Assembly: GCF_006345805.1 (NCBI RefSeq)
Contig: NC_042999.1
Location: 109,430,001-109,494,000 of the forward strand
Reading direction: 5' to 3'
Length of the DNA stretch: 64,000 bases
Source of the DNA: Octopus sinensis
Taxonomy: Eukaryota
Shown here: positions 63,196 through 64,000 of the stretch, piece by piece
Numbering within the stretch: the first letter of the stretch is position 1
How the letters are laid out: each line of letters begins with the position of its first letter
Made by a program: the position numbers and the translations under genes
The notes under the pieces: model-generated
What the model saw: only the letters and a program-made list of their open reading frames with translations
What the model was told of the DNA's origin: nothing
Databases searched by the model: none

Positions 63196-63469
63196 CTTGG
63201 AATTCAAAATAAATTACATCATGAAAAGGCACCCTCTATTTGGTTGATTGGTCAACTAAAAGTAAAATCTCTTTCAAAAAAGACTTCTACCAACTTTTAA
63301 AACAAGAAGAAGCATTCTAATAAGTAGTCCAAGACACCATTAAAAAAAGACAGGATGGTTAGACCTGGAATGCATTTAATCAAGATCTGCTTGATCAGGA
63401 TTGATCTGAGGTTAAGTAAACACCTGCTACAGTACTTAAACTTCTAGACACTTCTGTGAAACATATATG

Positions 63470-63552
63470 TCGTCATCGTCATCATCATCATCATCATCAT
63501 CATCATCACCATCACCATCACCACCACCACCACCACCACCACCACCACCATC

Positions 63553-63609
<57 letters not shown>
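63470..63609. repeat. (CAT)n(CAC)n(CAT)n tract, tail of the minus-strand RTE-UTR repeat at 63605-64000
   Basis: Directly visible. The poly-His and poly-Ser/Pro ORFs here are artefacts. Confidence 0.9.
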
Positions 63610-64000
63610 GTTTAACGTCTGTTTTCCATGCTGCCATGGGTTGGGCAGTTTGACAGGGGTCTGGGAAACCAGGAGGCTGCACTAGGCTCCAGTCTGATCT
63701 GGCGGTGTTTCTACAGCTGGATGACCTTCCTAACATGAATCACTCTGTGAGTGTAGTGGGTGCTTTTTACGTGCCACCGGCACAGGGGCCAGAGGAGTCT
63801 GGCAACGTCCACAATTGGTTGGTGTTTTTTATGTGCTGCCAGCACGGATGCCAGTGAAGGTGGCACTGGCATCGACCACATTCGGATAGTGCTTTTTACG
63901 TGCCGCTGGCACAAGTATCACAAGAAACAATTTCTATTTGATTTATATTTTGATATTGATGTACTTGATACAATAGATCTCCTCATGCACCGCAGGTCAC

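Overview
This is a very AT-rich, microsatellite-dense metazoan window. I infer a cephalopod (octopus-like) from the SINE/RTE repeat families, which I recognise from memory rather than from a database search. It is intron-like or intergenic, and I can identify no intact protein-coding gene. Nearly all long ORFs in the supplied track are artefacts of (TA)n/(CA)n/(CATA)n repeats. The recognisable content is transposon-derived: two abundant tRNA-derived SINE families; RTE, CR1-like, R4/Dong-like and HERO-like non-LTR retrotransposon relics; Gypsy gag/protease relics and a clean solo LTR; a full-length defective mariner; a hAT transposase relic; piggyBac-type MITEs; Helitron/Helentron-like elements; and several Penelope-like (PLE-type) fragments carrying minimal hammerhead-ribozyme motifs. 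Highlights: (1) a tRNA-headed, hammerhead-bearing element with a head-to-head inverted copy and a 14-bp TSD (25190-25646), a candidate PLE-mobilised SINE/retrozyme hybrid; (2) a hammerhead with a fully canonical core (21739-21783) inside a ~175-bp inverted repeat; (3) four retro-inserts chained through (AAT)n tracts (55852-57896); (4) three local tandem arrays born from TE pieces. A few phase-compatible minus-strand exon candidates hint at a host gene but are unproven. Coordinates were read by hand, and boundaries of degraded elements are approximate (tens of bp).
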